Source of the DNA: Octopus sinensis
Taxonomy: Eukaryota
Assembly (NCBI RefSeq): GCF_006345805.1
Contig: NC_043007.1
Location: forward strand, 49,476,001 to 49,540,000
Length of the DNA stretch: 64,000 bases
Direction: 5' to 3'
The translations under genes were made by a program, and so were the position numbers. The notes under the pieces were generated by a model. The model searched no databases. It had not been told where the DNA came from and was given only the letters and a program-made list of their open reading frames with translations. Positions 1 to 13,559 of this stretch are shown piece by piece (position 1 is the stretch's first letter; each line of letters begins with the position of its first letter).

Positions 1-659
1 AAATTCAAACATGGTGATAGTTTTTGCATTCCAGGATAGCAGAAACAGGTGTGGTTCAAGCGATGTTAACGCGACTCCTTCCAGGAAGATAAGTCAACCC
101 TTCGGGGCCATCTCATTTTCTAGTCTAAGGCTTTATGCAAAACGGATCCCCCAACTGTAACGCGTACGTTTGGAGTCTTGTTATTTTCCCTTAGAAATTT
201 GATACCTTTGGCTGTCGTTTAATGCAGTTAATTATCTGGAGGTCTATCTAATTTATGAAAAGATCTTGTCATGCCTCAATTGATATCAACCTTCTTCCAA
301 TGGTTTACGACGTAGTAACGTGATTATAATAACATGATTATGGTAATGTGTAACCTAATAGTCTAGAGTAGGAATTTTTAGAATGAAAAAGATAATTAAT
401 TAATGGATAATTAATTAATTCTGTAACACCATTAAATGGAATTATTATGAGCCCTTTTGAAATAATTATAAAATAGCATTACATTGATAAGTCATGTTTC
501 TCCAGGTTAATCATATTTTTTGTCAAATAAAGATGAAGGATTTAAAAACTTATATTTTTTTTATTCTTCTTGCGGTTGTCGACTAATTAATCTCAGCATA
601 TGATACGAAAGTCATTGATTCAATAAAATAACGAAAGGTATTGGTTATTGTTATGACAG

Positions 660-1550
660 CAGTACAGAGCAGAAATGTGTCTGTTTGGAGCTGTGGGATG
701 GTGCCGAGTCCCTCTTGGAGACTCCAAAGTGCACCTTGCAAGTGCTCATTCACCCATGGTGGCAGTTCAGCTTCCAAAATGTCACTAATGTATCGTTGGG
801 TGTTGATCTTAACACCCGTGGCACAAAAACGTGGAGAGACCTTCCAATTGCTCTAACAGCCACCCAAACCATAACTGATTTTGTCGTCGATTTACGAGTC
901 TATCCTCGATGGAGCCAGATACACTCCAAAGTCGACCTGGTGGTTTACTGTCTGTTCGATGTCAATTTTCTTCACCAGTGAACACCAAGTTGGACAGCGT
1001 GCCTTCAGCAAACTGACGCAGTATAAGACGACTTTTCTCTAGTTTCTTGACCTTATAAACTTGCGTGAGCTCATGACAACAGATCATCATGTTTGGGCGG
1101 GTCCTGAGATCCTCCTTCAGCACTTGATACATCGATGTTTGGCTTACTTTTGCTGTGGCAGCTAGTTTTCTGTCGGAACGGCCAGGATTTCGCCGTATCT
1201 TTTCTTTGATACATTTGATAAACTGAATGGTCCGCACACTTCTTTTTCAGCTACGTCCAGGTCGATCAGCGGTGGAACCAGTTTCTTGAAATTTCTTGAC
1301 AATTTTCCAGTCTGTTGTTCGGTTAATAGCCTTTTTGCTATAGGTGTATTACTTTCGTCACTTTTGTGGTGAATTATGATTGTATTTCGGTCTATAGCCG
1401 TTATCCAATTTATAGATATGAATTCATTCACTTTGAAACAAAAACAAGATATACTAAGTTTTATAATGATATATAATTTTCGTATCTTATATTTATTGAT
1501 AATTATTAAAACACGAAACTTCGGTTGCCTTAATTTCGGGACACCCCGTG
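660..1550 (-). mobile_element. Tc1/mariner-superfamily (maT/DD37D-like) transposase remnant with 5' TIR
   Basis: ORF 962-1237 (IRRNPGRSDRKLA...VSQTSMYQVLKEDL...NLVFTGE) resembles an HTH plus the start of a DDD/E domain. The continuation is frameshifted. TIR-like cacggggtgtcccgaaatt at ~1532-1550. Confidence 0.75.
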
Positions 1551-1593
1551 TGTGTATTTATATATATATAGGGAATGGAGTAGATAAAACGCA

Positions 1594-1677
1594 GGTTACA
1601 TATGCTTCATAGCTTGCGGAATTTCAGAAGTAGTAATTATCTAAACGAGGAGTAGACCGCAAGCAACTCCTCAGACC
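1594..1677 (-). ncRNA. Type-I hammerhead ribozyme, long stem II, GAAG variant
   Basis: Minus strand: ggt-CTGAGGA-gttgcttgcgg..ccgcaagctat-GAAG-catatg-TA-acc. Stems I and II pair; stem III is palindromic. Confidence 0.65.
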
Positions 1678-1768
1678 AAGGATACCTTGATTATATTGTC
1701 GTTAGGAGTTCCCCGTGTTAACTGGCAGCCGGATCGAAAATAATATCTGTATCTATTTCTCTCTCTCT

Positions 1769-1823
<55 letters not shown>

Positions 1824-1843
1824 TAGATAGATAAAGATAGTTA

Positions 1844-2374
1844 TTGTAATGTTATTCTCAGTTCGAATATGCTTGAGGCACGTTCGAACCGGTGAACAAG
1901 TTATTCACTGCGTTTTGTCACGGAAATTATATCATTTTGTTAACAAAGTGTGTGTATAAATCCAGATCAGCTCGCAGCACCAACTACCAAGACTGTGAGA
2001 TGCAAGCATTTCGGAATAGTTATCCCCACTTTGGTCATAGAAACCAGGCAGGCGGTACTACACTCTAATCGAAGTGACTGACATTTTTATGCTTTTCCAG
2101 TTGCCATACGGCAACTGGCAGCGCTGTACGGCGGCTCACCGTAAGTAAATTACAGAGGGGGGGACACTCGCAGTACCGCCTGCCTTGTGTCCGTGACCGA
2201 AGACAAGGTAACTACTCTGAAATGCTTGCATCTCACGGTCTGGGTAGTTGGCGTTGAGAGCTGATACAGGTGTATGCACATCATTTGTCAAAAAACGGGA
2301 TATATAAAAACAGTGAATAGCTTGTCCACCAGTTCGAACGTGCCTCAAGCATATTCAGACCGATATCTTTACAA
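1844..2374. mobile_element. Foldback/MITE-like element with long imperfect inverted arms
   Basis: 1865-1910 is the reverse complement of 2311-2356. ~1965-2060 pairs with ~2172-2265. Flanked by microsatellites. Confidence 0.7.
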
Positions 2375-2383
2375 TTTTACTTA

Positions 2384-2449
<66 letters not shown>

Positions 2450-2564
2450 GTATGTATATATATTGATAGAAATGGTAATACAACAAAAAAAATTAAAGAG
2501 ACCTCGATATTATGTAAATAGAGGAATTTATCTGTAAATATAATATGTGACAATTATTCGGTAG

Positions 2565-2632
2565 CCGTGATAAAACTCCGAGTTTCGGATGTCGGGGCGG
2601 AAACCTACGCCGCCATTTCTTCAGTTATCCGG
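2565..2632 (-). ncRNA. Type-I hammerhead ribozyme
   Basis: Minus: ccggataa-CTGAAGA-aatggcggcg..cgccccgacatcc-GAAA-ctcggag-TT-ttatcacgg. Stem I is gataa/ttatc, extended by ccg/cgg. The base of stem II is mismatched. Confidence 0.65.
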
Positions 2633-2827
2633 CCATCGAAAAGAAGCTATGGAAATGACCGTTAAACGAAGGGAAATTACTGTGTGATTGACCGTTATTA
2701 AAACAAAAGAGCTATTAGAGTGAAAGCTAAGTGAGGGGAGGGAGTAAAGGTAAGGGAATAAAAATATTCATGGTATTCGCGTAAGCGCGCATGTCCATAC
2801 TTTTGTCTTAATAACGGTCAATCACAA

Positions 2828-2942
2828 AAGAGACCGATAGAATAAGTACTAGGCTTACAAAGAATAAGCTCTGGGGTCGATTTGCTCGACTAAAGGTGGT
2901 GCTGCAGCATGCTGCAGTCAAATGACTGAACAAGTAAAAGAA
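2828..2942 (+). mobile_element. 3' fragment of major tRNA-derived SINE (family A)
   Basis: Matches the 3' end of the full copy at 59439-59850 (gaccgatagaataagtact...gtcaaatgactgaa..aagtaaaaga). Confidence 0.85.
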
Positions 2943-3009
2943 TATATATTCACTCGCAGACACACACCCACACAAACACACACACACATACACACACACA
3001 CCACACATA

Positions 3010-3144
3010 CAGAAATTCCTCGCCATATCGCGGATTCCTCAGTATATCAGGGTTTCTACGGCCGGTAGGTATTTATATTTCTTTTAGATTTTAATTATTT
3101 CTATGGGAGATTTTTGGAACGTAACACCCACGATAGTATATGTG

Positions 3145-3201
<57 letters not shown>

Positions 3202-3452
3202 GTGGGTTGTTCGTTCAACAACCTTAAACAATCCTTATTCAGGGACCTATTGAGCCGGATGGGTTACTCGACCAGAAGAAAATTCTAACTAGGCCCCATC
3301 TGCAAGTTCATGCGTTGTTTATCTTGATATGAGATCACCATGTCGCGTAAATATGGTTGTGATGCATGTGCCTAGTGTACCCTTATCAGACGGGTAGTCA
3401 TAATTGGTATATTATAATATACGTAACACCCACGATAGTCGAGGGATTACTG
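3010..3452. mobile_element. pogo/Tigger-like MITE, interrupted by a TAA-element fragment
   Basis: Imperfect TIRs cagaaattcctcgccatatcg / cgatagtcgagggattactg, flanked by TA. The same right end occurs at ~12165-12197. Confidence 0.6.
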
Positions 3453-3460
3453 TATATGTG

Positions 3461-3494
<34 letters not shown>

Positions 3495-3511
3495 TAATAA
3501 TAATAATAATA

Positions 3512-4065
3512 GCCCTGATGCAGTACCAGGCAGTGGCTCTCATGGCTTCTGATCTTAACTGATTGGAAGTGTTATCATGTACATTGTTTTGTCTTGGTAT
3601 AAAAGATGGGCTACAGCAAATATTCTGCTCAATACCACAGATTTGCTTGTCAGTTGTTTGACTTTAACCAGTTGAGCATGTCCCTTAGTGGCTGACGATA
3701 TGTGCATCTCTGATCACGAGCAGAAGTAGTGGGGGAGCATCATAGCCATGTGTTGAGAGGGATTCTTTGGAGTTTGAATAATTCACCTCTGGAAACATGG
3801 GTGGTTCTTTCAACATCCTTAAACAACCCTTATTCAGGGACCTTTTGAGCAGGATGGGCAACTCAACCTGAAGAAAATTCTAACTGGGCCCCAACTGCAA
3901 GGTCATGTGCTGTTTATCTTGATATGAGATCACCATGTCGCGCACATATGGTTGTGATGCATGTGCCTGGTGTACCCTTATCAGACGGGTAGTCATGATG
4001 GGTATATTGGGCTTCGTATATTTCACCCCAGTGTCACTTTGATGGCATGAACTGCTCTCTCACTC
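3512..4065 (+). mobile_element. ~550-bp non-coding retroposon inserted in (TAA)n
   Basis: Flanked by (TAA)n. Further copies at 3201-3410, 4114-5223 and 34156-34516, with variable 5' starts and a shared 3' end cactc-(aat)n where the end is retained. Confidence 0.75.
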
Positions 4066-4113
<48 letters not shown>

Positions 4114-4114
<1 letters not shown>

Positions 4115-5223
4115 GTGGGTTGTTCGTTCAACAGCCTTAAACAATCCTTATTCAGGGACCTATTGAGCCGGATGCACTGCTCTTTCACTCAATGATAATA
4201 ATAATAATGATAATAATGATAATAATAATAATAATAATAATGATCTTAACTAACATGGCTTCTGATCTTAACTAACATGGCTTCTGATCTTAACTCATGG
4301 CTTCTGATCTTAACTCATGGCTTCTGATCTTAACTCATGGCTTCTGATCTTAACTGATTGGAAGTGTTATCATGTACATCCGGCTTCTGACCTTAACTCA
4401 TGGCTTCTGATCTTAACTCATGGCTTCTGATCTTAACTGATTATTATGTACATTGTTTTGTCTTGGTATAAAAGATGGGCTACAGCAAATATTCTGCTCA
4501 ATACCACAGACTTGCTGCGTATATTTTACCCCAGTGTCACTTTGATGGCATGCACTGCTCTTTCACTCAATGATAATAATAATAATGATAATAATGATAA
4601 TAATAATAATAATAATAATAATGATCTTAACTAACATGGCTTCTGATCTTAACTAACATGGCTTCTGATCTTAACTAACATGGCTTCTGATCTTAACTCA
4701 TGGCTTCTGATCTTAACTGATTGGAAGTGTGATCATGTACATTGTTTTGTCTTGGTATAAAAGATGGGCTACAGCAAATATTCTGCTCAATACCACAGAT
4801 TTGCTTGTCAGTTGTTTGACCTTAACCAGTTGACCATGTCCCTTAGTGGCTGACGATATGTGCATCTCTGATCACGAGCAGAAGTAGTGGGGGAGCATCA
4901 TAGCCATGTGTTGAGAGGGATTCTTTGGGGTTTGAATAATTCACCTCTGGAAACATGGGTGGTTCTTTCAACATCCTTAAACAACCCTTATTCAGGGACC
5001 TTTTGAGCGGGATGGGCTACTCAACCTGAAGAAAATTCTAACTGGGCCCCACCTGCAAGGTCATGTGCTGTTTATCTTGATATGAGATCACCATGTCGCG
5101 CACATATGGTTGTGATGCATGTGCCTGGTGTACCTTTATCAGACGGGTAGTCATGATGGGTATATTGGGCTTCGTATATTTTACCCCAGTGTCACTTTGA
5201 TGGCATGCACTGCTCTCTCACTC
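4114..5223 (+). repeat. Rearranged tandem copies of the TAA-targeted element with 20-22-nt reiterations
   Basis: catggcttctgatcttaact(aa) repeated at ~4242-4440 and ~4622-4720, interspersed with (TAA)n. Confidence 0.8.
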
Positions 5224-5251
5224 AATAATAATAATAATAATAATAATAATG

Positions 5252-5288
<37 letters not shown>

Positions 5289-6091
5289 TAATTTCTTGAG
5301 TAACCAGATGATGGATTTGGTATTCATGTTTATTTCGTACAATTGTCGTTTCGATCCACCCTTCTTATGGGTGGGACTCCGTTCAGCATGTACTTCATCC
5401 ATCTTGCAGTCTGGTTCTCATCAGGTACATCCACACACAAAGTTGTTTCTCGCTAAATATCTTGAGTTTTGGCTGTCATGTTGGTTAAGGAATGAAACAT
5501 TGCTACAATTTTCAATTACTATTATCTTTCTATAATAAGAATTGGAAACATTTGTGAAATAGGCAAATAACTGTTAATAAAAAAAGATGACTGTCGGGGA
5601 AGTGAGTGGATAGATAGGGATGGATTGAGTTACACAAGGTTTAAGACAAAGGAATAGCATTAGAAAAAGAAGGGAGAGATATATACCGGCTAGAATGTGC
5701 AGGGGATGAAAGATTTTTTAGCTAGCTAGCTAGCTTTGGTCAGAGATGCGTATACATACTTTCACACCTCACCCCGCTCGTAAATACACGCACACAGGGG
5801 TCGTTGCCCCACCTGTCCATATGGTCAATTTCAGCTGTAGTTCGTATAATTTATGGCTCGAAGACAATCTCACCATAAATCTGTCATCATAGTCACCATG
5901 GTGTGAAATGGGGTGCATCGTGCATTTGTTAGAAATACAGAGTGTTTTCTTGGATCTTCATGTGGTTGTTTTTTATTAACCTTTGAAATCGGAGTAGATT
6001 TTCTGCCGCACTTTGTAGATATGCATACGTACCCAGTTACATATATACATCTATTTTATATGCACACATGCACGCACCCTCACACACAGGT

Positions 6092-6145
<54 letters not shown>

Positions 6146-6719
6146 ACACGCATATATATATATATCCGCATATACATATATATATATTCACGCACACACA
6201 TGCATGTGAGATCCATATATATGCGCATACGCATACGACGTAATACCCCGCACACTCTCTCCACACACGCAGACACACATGTATACGTATATCTACACAC
6301 ACCAATACGCACACAGGTAGTTGCACACATACACATACACATTCCTGCATCGAGTTCATTTTTCGAGCAATAAGTAATTGGCATATATTATTATTATTTA
6401 TGTACAGCTGCATGGTAAGGTTACATATCTAAAATTATATGAACATCAATATCTGCACACAAGTGTTAAGGTGAAGAAAGGCATAATTAATGTTAGTTTA
6501 GAGGCTACGTTCCTACATGATACCTTTGGAAGTCAACAAAGAGTCACTAAAGTATGCAAACTTAAAGATACTAGAACATAGCCTCTAAACTAACGTAACA
6601 GGTGAAGTGTCTAGAGAGGCAAAAATATGCCTTTCTATATATAAACTGAGAGAGATGTAGCACCATTAAAATCTATTTGAAGCTATTTCAAGAACTGACG
6701 ACATAGAATCTATTGAAAC

Positions 6720-7200
6720 TCCACTTAACGCTCCAATGTCTCAACCCAGTATGCTATAATCACAAGAGTTTAAGGCTATGAAAATAAGGTCACCAGATAT
6801 ACGTGTCATGCTCTTTTCACCTGTCCTCATGAATTTATATCAACATTAATATCTCCATACTTACTCCAGTCTCTACTTAATCATGTTTTAATCATATACA
6901 ATCACATTCACTTACCTCATATCCACTTTTCTTCCACAGATCAAACTGCTAATATCTCTTTATCTTTAGTCCTTTATCTTCAGGTTAATATAGATATTTG
7001 TATCAGCCCATTCACTTTCCTATTTATGTTTTTTATTCTTCATTCTCTTATAACGCCAATCAAGATAGTCTGTGTGAGAGAGGGAGAGAGAGAATGACCT
7101 TATGCAAACTCAAATATTTCCCGTTCATTATGTCCTTTCACGTTTCAAGATAAGACACCAATAAAAATGTGTGCATTAGTCATTGAACCTTATCTTTCAA
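6720..7200 (+). mobile_element. Old Penelope-like remnant (family also at 10830-11920 and 13560-14160)
   Basis: Diverged inverted similarity to ~10860-11330. Confidence 0.4.
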
Positions 7201-7225
7201 GCAGTCAATTAGTCTCTCTCTTTTT

Positions 7226-7316
<91 letters not shown>

Positions 7317-7317
7317 C

Positions 7318-9245
7318 AAGTTTCACTGGTCCCACTCCCGAACTATACAGCCGTTATATCGACGACTGTATCGGTGTGTCCTCACTCTCCCGCGAACATC
7401 TAGACTTGTTCCTATCTTTTGTCAAATCTTTCCATCCTGCTCTCACCTTCTCCTGCACTATCCCTGATACTTCTATCTCCTTTCTTGACATTTCGGTCAG
7501 CATTCATTACTCCACTCTCACCACCTCCATCCACTACAAACACACAGAATCACACTCATACCTCAACTTCTCATCCTCGCACTCTAAACATACCAAGCTC
7601 TCCATCCCCTATTCCTAATTCCTCCGTCTGCGCAGGTTCTGCAGTGACGACCATGAATTTGAGACTCAGTCTCAACTCATGACTCGCCACTTCATCCTAC
7701 ATGGATATCCCTTGACCACTATCCACACCGCCCTTGCCAGAGCACGTTCCATCGACCGTGCATCTGCTCTCTCCCTCCGCACCTGCCCCACCGTCTCCCG
7801 TCCTCGTTTTCCCTCACCTACCACCCTACCCTACCTCTCAAACACACCATTCTCTGAGCCTTCCGGCGACTCCAGTCCGACCCCTCCACTTTGCACATTT
7901 TCCCTAACCTCCCCTCCCCTCCTTCAAGCGAGCCCACAACCTACGAGACCTCTTGGTCCACAGCTTCTTCCCTAACAGAACCTCCCAACCTGGCTCGTTC
8001 CCCTGCTTCCTCCCACGCTGTCACACTTGCTTACCTCTCCATCACCACCCTCCTCAACTGCACCCATCATCGACACTATCATAACACCGATTCCTTCACC
8101 CACACTTCTAGCAATGTCATCTACTGCATCTCTTGCTCTCTCTGCTCTTCTACCCCGGTCTCGCGCCATTTCCGCTCTACCGGTCACACTTTGCAACACC
8201 TGTCTGTGTTCGGATTATCCTTGCACAGGGGCCATCCGGATCCCGTCTTAGCCGTGAACAGGGATTAATCTTCTCTCTTCGCTCCTTTGCGTCACATGGG
8301 CTCAACTCTCCCCCTCTTCACCTAACCCTCTTCCCGTCTCCTCTCTTCCTCTCACACCTACTTCCTCCCAGCCACCTCTCCTCTCTTGCTCGGACTCCAA
8401 CTTTTTCTCTTCGCTCCTACCCTCCTTCTCTCTTCTCTTCACTCCTACCCCCTTCTCCCTTCCCCCTCTCCCTTCATTGTCACCCCTCCCTCGTAACCAC
8501 CTCTACACAATCTAACCCGACATTCCCTATCCATCTCATCCCACCCCACCCCATCCCTTACACCTACTCCCACATACCCCACCTCTACTCCGACCCTCAG
8601 CCTAACCCAGACCCCACTCTCACCCCACATCCCAACGCCACCACACAACACCACACCACACACTACCACACCACACTAAACACCACCACACCACATACCA
8701 CCACACTACACATCACCATAACAACACACCACACACTACCACACCACACTAAACACCACCACACCACACACCACCACACCACACCACATACCACCACACT
8801 ACACATCACCATAACAACACACCACGCACTACCTCACACACCACCACGCACACACTAGCACTGACCACTTCCCAGGACCTTCACCATCAGCCACACACCT
8901 ACACATGCACACACGCCAAGGTCACCCGCTCTCTTCCACACGCACATACATGCTCTCTTATACACACGCACGTGCGCTTTCGTTTTGGGATCACCACTAC
9001 TTTATTATCTCCCCTTCTTCCTAGCTCTCCTGTGTAACCCCTCTATCCGGCAATCACCATGTTAGATCGCTAGCCGCTACATAGTCTTTATTTTCTCTCC
9101 TTGTTTCTTTGCGTTACTTTCTGTGGAAGAGCGTAGGCTAGAAAGGTTAAAGTCTTTTTCACTTCCCGAGCGTTAAACTAATACATCTGTTTGTTGTCTA
9201 CACCATCTGTCTTCGTCTTTTGTTCCATTTTGTGAATTCTTCCCT
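7318..9245 (+). mobile_element. Penelope-like element, 5'-truncated and frameshifted
   Basis: RT core PELYSRYIDDCIG, SFLDISV, HYKHTESHSYL, then NVIYCISCSLC. Homologous to 17776-20430. Flanked on both sides by (CTAT)n. Confidence 0.9.
9117..9152 (+). ncRNA. Degenerate minimal hammerhead in PLE 3' terminal repeat
   Basis: cttt-CTGTGGAA-gagc gtag gcta-GAAA-gg-TT-aaag; homologue of 17883-17918. Confidence 0.55.
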
Positions 9246-9250
9246 GTCTG

Positions 9251-9334
<84 letters not shown>

Positions 9335-9339
9335 CCTAC

Positions 9340-9408
<69 letters not shown>

Positions 9409-9554
9409 CATCTAGCTATCTATCTATTTCTATTTGCCGTTGTCTGTTTATCTGTCCGTCTATCTGTCTGTCTGCCTGTTTGACTGTTTGTCTGTCTGTC
9501 AGTCAGTCCGTCCGTCCGCTCGTTCGTCTCTCTTTCTGCCTGTTTGTCTATGCA

Positions 9555-10130
9555 ATTATCTTGACATATTTTGGCAGCTGCTAATTACGTGTGATATCTT
9601 CCACAGAAATATGACATGATCTACATTTTCAGTTGCATCCGGAGCTTCAAGGGCTTCAGATCTCTTTTGTTTATTAGTTATTTCGTAGCAATCTTCTAAT
9701 TTTTGATTGCAAATGCCTTCGAGGTATGATGTGGTGTAGAGGTCACGAGTACAAGAGAGGATTCGTTTCATGTCGTTTTACTATCTTTTTCAAGTCTTCG
9801 AGAAACAAGCTCATGCGTGGTCTCTTTATTTTTGGTATGCTGAGCGGTTCACATCCAGGTCTTTTTTGAAGTATGTCAGTTCGGCATTTTGGGGGTTGCA
9901 TGGGAGGTCATCAGGAAGAGAGTGTTTCCTGAGGATATTATTTGCTTCACTTTTCAGCATTAAATTAATGTATTTATTTTTGCTGTTGCTGTTTATCCAG
10001 TACTCTCTCAGAGATACTGAACGACATTCGAAGACTGCATTGATCTCAAGCCTCTATCTCCTTCATCTCTTAGGTAGAAACTGTCAAATTCACTATTTCT
10101 GTGGAGATATGAATTTAATGATAGAATCTT
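9555..10130 (-). pseudogene. Degenerate R4/Dong-like RLE LINE fragment
   Basis: TTSYLEG.. and ..[12 protein letters not shown] resemble SHFEGY and THIISSCPKMSSR of the element at 37675-38745. Confidence 0.55.
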
Positions 10131-10183
10131 GCGGGGTTTTACATGTATGTATATAACTTTTTTAGAATCTTTCTTTTTCTTTA

Positions 10184-10315
<132 letters not shown>

Positions 10316-10457
10316 AGAATACAGTGTACATTCAAACACAAAAGAGATACCCAAAGAATAGGATATCTGATTCACTAGAAAGAGCAGTTAAAACTCCAAG
10401 CCACTAATTGTAATTCCGAAAGTGATTGAAAAATAAAAACTTTTACCTTAATCGTAG

Positions 10458-10540
10458 ACCCTGCAAGGTTTCTGCAGACTTAAATACAGATTGAAATAAA
10501 ATAATTTCAGTCTATATCTGGCGCTGCGTCTTCAGTAGGT
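10458..10540 (-). ncRNA. Degenerate type-I hammerhead with long stem II
   Basis: Minus: accta-CTGAAGA-cgcag..agatatagactgaaat/atttcaatctgtattt..ctgca-GAAA-ccttgcagggt. The flank is homologous to 52127-52290. Confidence 0.55.
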
Positions 10541-10691
10541 TGAGATATTGTTTTCTTTCCCTTTTATGCAAAATGTCAAATTTAGCCCGAACACTGGGCG
10601 TACGCACGTACGTACATATGTATGTGTTTATTTATATATATGTTTGTTTATATGTATGTTTATATATGTATGTTTATATATATATATGTAT

Positions 10692-10732
<41 letters not shown>

Positions 10733-10829
10733 TATATTTATGTTTGCATATATGTATTTATAGGTAAATATTTGTGCACAGGTGTATATACATATCAACA
10801 GATATATAGTTTTTCACACAGATAGATGG

Positions 10830-11920
10830 AGTGACAAATAAAGTTGAATGACTATAATCTGCGCATTCTTGAACTGTGAAAGGCCATAATGAAAGGGAAA
10901 TGTGTGAGAATGCACGGGGTCATTCTCTATCTTTTTCGCTCTCTCTCTCACTTACGCTACCTTTAATGGGAATATAAGTGATGAAGAACAAAGAGAATAG
11001 ATAGGAAGGTGATTAAGTTAACGTTTGAGTGACAAATAGAGTGATACAAATATATATATTGACCTGAAGATAAAGAGACTTTAGAAGATGGTTGGAGGAA
11101 GAGAATGGAACATGGGGTAAGTGCATGCGAATGTATATGATTAAAACGTGAATGAATGCAGGTTGAAGTAAGCAAGGAGGGTAAGAATGGAGTGAGTAAT
11201 TTATTCTGAAGAAAAATCCACGTGGACACATGATAGGAGCATGTCACGTGAGTATGGTGACTTTATTTTCGTAGCTTTAAAATTTTGTGATTTATATCAC
11301 ACAGGGACAAGACATTGGAGCGTCAAGGAGCGTCCAAAGGGATTCTAATTCCTCAGTTCATTAAATAACTTAAATTTGAATGGGGCTACAACTCGATCAG
11401 TTTATCTGCAATTAATATAGTGTATCTAAAAGTAACTGTGAAAGGATTAAAAGATTTTGTATATATAGGCGTAGGAGTGGCTGTGTGGTAAGTATATATG
11501 TATATATATATATGTGTGAGTGTGCGTATATGTTTGTTCCCCCAACATCGCTTGACAACCGATGCTGGTGTGTTTACGTCACCGTAACCTAGCGGTTCGG
11601 CAAAAGAGACCGATAGAATAAGTACTAGGTTTACACAGAATAAGTCATTGGGTCGATTTGCTCGACTAAAGGCAGAGCACCAGCATGGCCACAGTCAAAT
11701 GACTGAAACAAGAAAAAGAGTAAAAGAGTATATAAATTCCGTCAAAAAGACCTAACTTTCGTTGGTGATTCGACGGTTCATTAATGTTTATGAATCTCCC
11801 CATATCGTTCATAATACTTCAATGTTATCTACTGTTTCTCTCACCTATTGCTCTCTGTAACTTGTATCTGGTTTCATCGATTTACGTGGATAAAGAGATA
11901 CAGATAATTATCTGCTTCTC
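10830..11920 (-). mobile_element. Old Penelope-like remnant (GIY-YIG trace), interrupted by a SINE
   Basis: Minus ~11850-11905 reads IICISLST*IDETRYKLQ (YIGET-like). Homologous to 13560-14160 and 6720-7200. Confidence 0.45.
11468..11730 (+). mobile_element. SINE family A, internally deleted
   Basis: Head ggcgtaggagtggctgtgtggtaagta joined to the 3' half, ending aagagtaaaagagta. Confidence 0.85.
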
Positions 11921-12004
11921 CTCAGGTGAATTGTCAAAGAAGTATCTCAATTTCTACTAGTCGTTTTACTTATTTCTAAAACAACAGATTTTTAGTTAGT
12001 GTAG

Positions 12005-12197
12005 CGTTCACCTATCGCGGTTTATTATTTAAGCTTACGTTGATTCCTCCGTGATGTTTTGCATTTATAATAAAATAAATATATGCAAATTATAAAGATG
12101 ATTAAAAAAAAAGGACAGTACTGTTTCTACTTTGTGAATTTTCACCTATCGCGGAGGCTTTTGAAACGTAACACCCGTGATAGTCGAGGGATTACTG
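12005..12197. mobile_element. pogo/Tigger-like MITE, right part
   Basis: Ends acgtaacacccgtgatagtcgagggattactg-TA, as at 3421-3452. Confidence 0.6.
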
Positions 12198-12538
12198 TAC
12201 ATAAAATTAATAATAAGACATTAAACCAGAAAATAATGAGTTAGTGGAGGGCATAGTCAGGGATAATTTATCTGACAAAGATTAATAATAAGGAAGAAAA
12301 TAGTCAAGCCTGTTCCAATAATTACAATGAAATTAATAAAGCAATCACCGGGATACCACCACTGACAGTGAATACGTTGATAATCTGAAAGTTGATAATA
12401 GTCATAATAGAAACGATGGACTTAACAAAATCCAATTATATATATACGCACATATGCACAAATATAAAGAAGAAAGGATTTATACACATATACACGAATT
12501 TACTCATACACGAATTCACCTATACAAATATATACGTT

Positions 12539-12572
<34 letters not shown>

Positions 12573-13559
12573 TATATATATATACGCCTGCACACACACA
12601 CACACGCACACACACACACACACACACAACTATATATATATACGCCTGCACACACACACACACACATAATATACATACATACTCGTACATTACCATTACA
12701 GTGTGGATGTGCCTCAATTTGCTGGAAATAAAACACCACATCTTCAAAGTCCAAGTAATTGGAGTTGTTCATTGTACCGTCAATAAAGGATTCCATTAAT
12801 CCTTTTGAGGATAAGACTCACTATATTCTAACTCCTGGTAAATGAACATGACAAACCTCCGTAATATGCGGATTCTTCATGTTCCTAGTATGTGCAATTG
12901 TGGCGGTTAATTGAGTCATTTAATTTAAATGTAGCTTCACTCTAAACAATCTTTATGGAAAAGTGTGCATTTTCTGCACATTTTGCTAAGTATCTCTCAC
13001 CAAACCCCACTTTTTAATTCGTTCCATCTTCATTAAGTGTATACCAATCAAGAAATCTAACTTTTCCAATGACAGGCTTCAAAACGCGAAAGATGCTTCA
13101 TCTGAAAATGCTTTCCTCATGACTCCTTACCACACAGACTTTCTTGAAGTCAGGCAACACATTTCTAATACACTTCCATTCTTTCCGGAAGATGCCCGCT
13201 ATCTTCCGGAAAGTTGGTTGTGGTCATTCTGAACAGGACCATCTACTTATCTCTAATTCTAGCAATAGTAAAGTTGGTAGGTGGATCTGTTTGAAACTCT
13301 CTTCTAAACTGTCTCTACACTTGGACTGCCTTTCCAAACTTTTAATTTCATAAATGCTTATAATTCAGTGGATGTGCCAACTACAGCTGATATATATTTT
13401 AATATTTCTCATGTCCAATTGTGCGAAACTGCATAATTTGATCTGGTATTTGTGCATTTGTGATTGTGTGTTTGTATGTGTGTGGGTCTGTGTGTGTGTG
13501 TGTATGAGTATTTTAGTGTGTGTGTGTATGTGTGTGTGAGAGTGTTTTGTTTGTGGATG

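Noticed and set aside
6695-6730. CTGACGA-catag aat ctatt-GAAA hammerhead candidate
   Set aside because: No stem III or stem I pairing.
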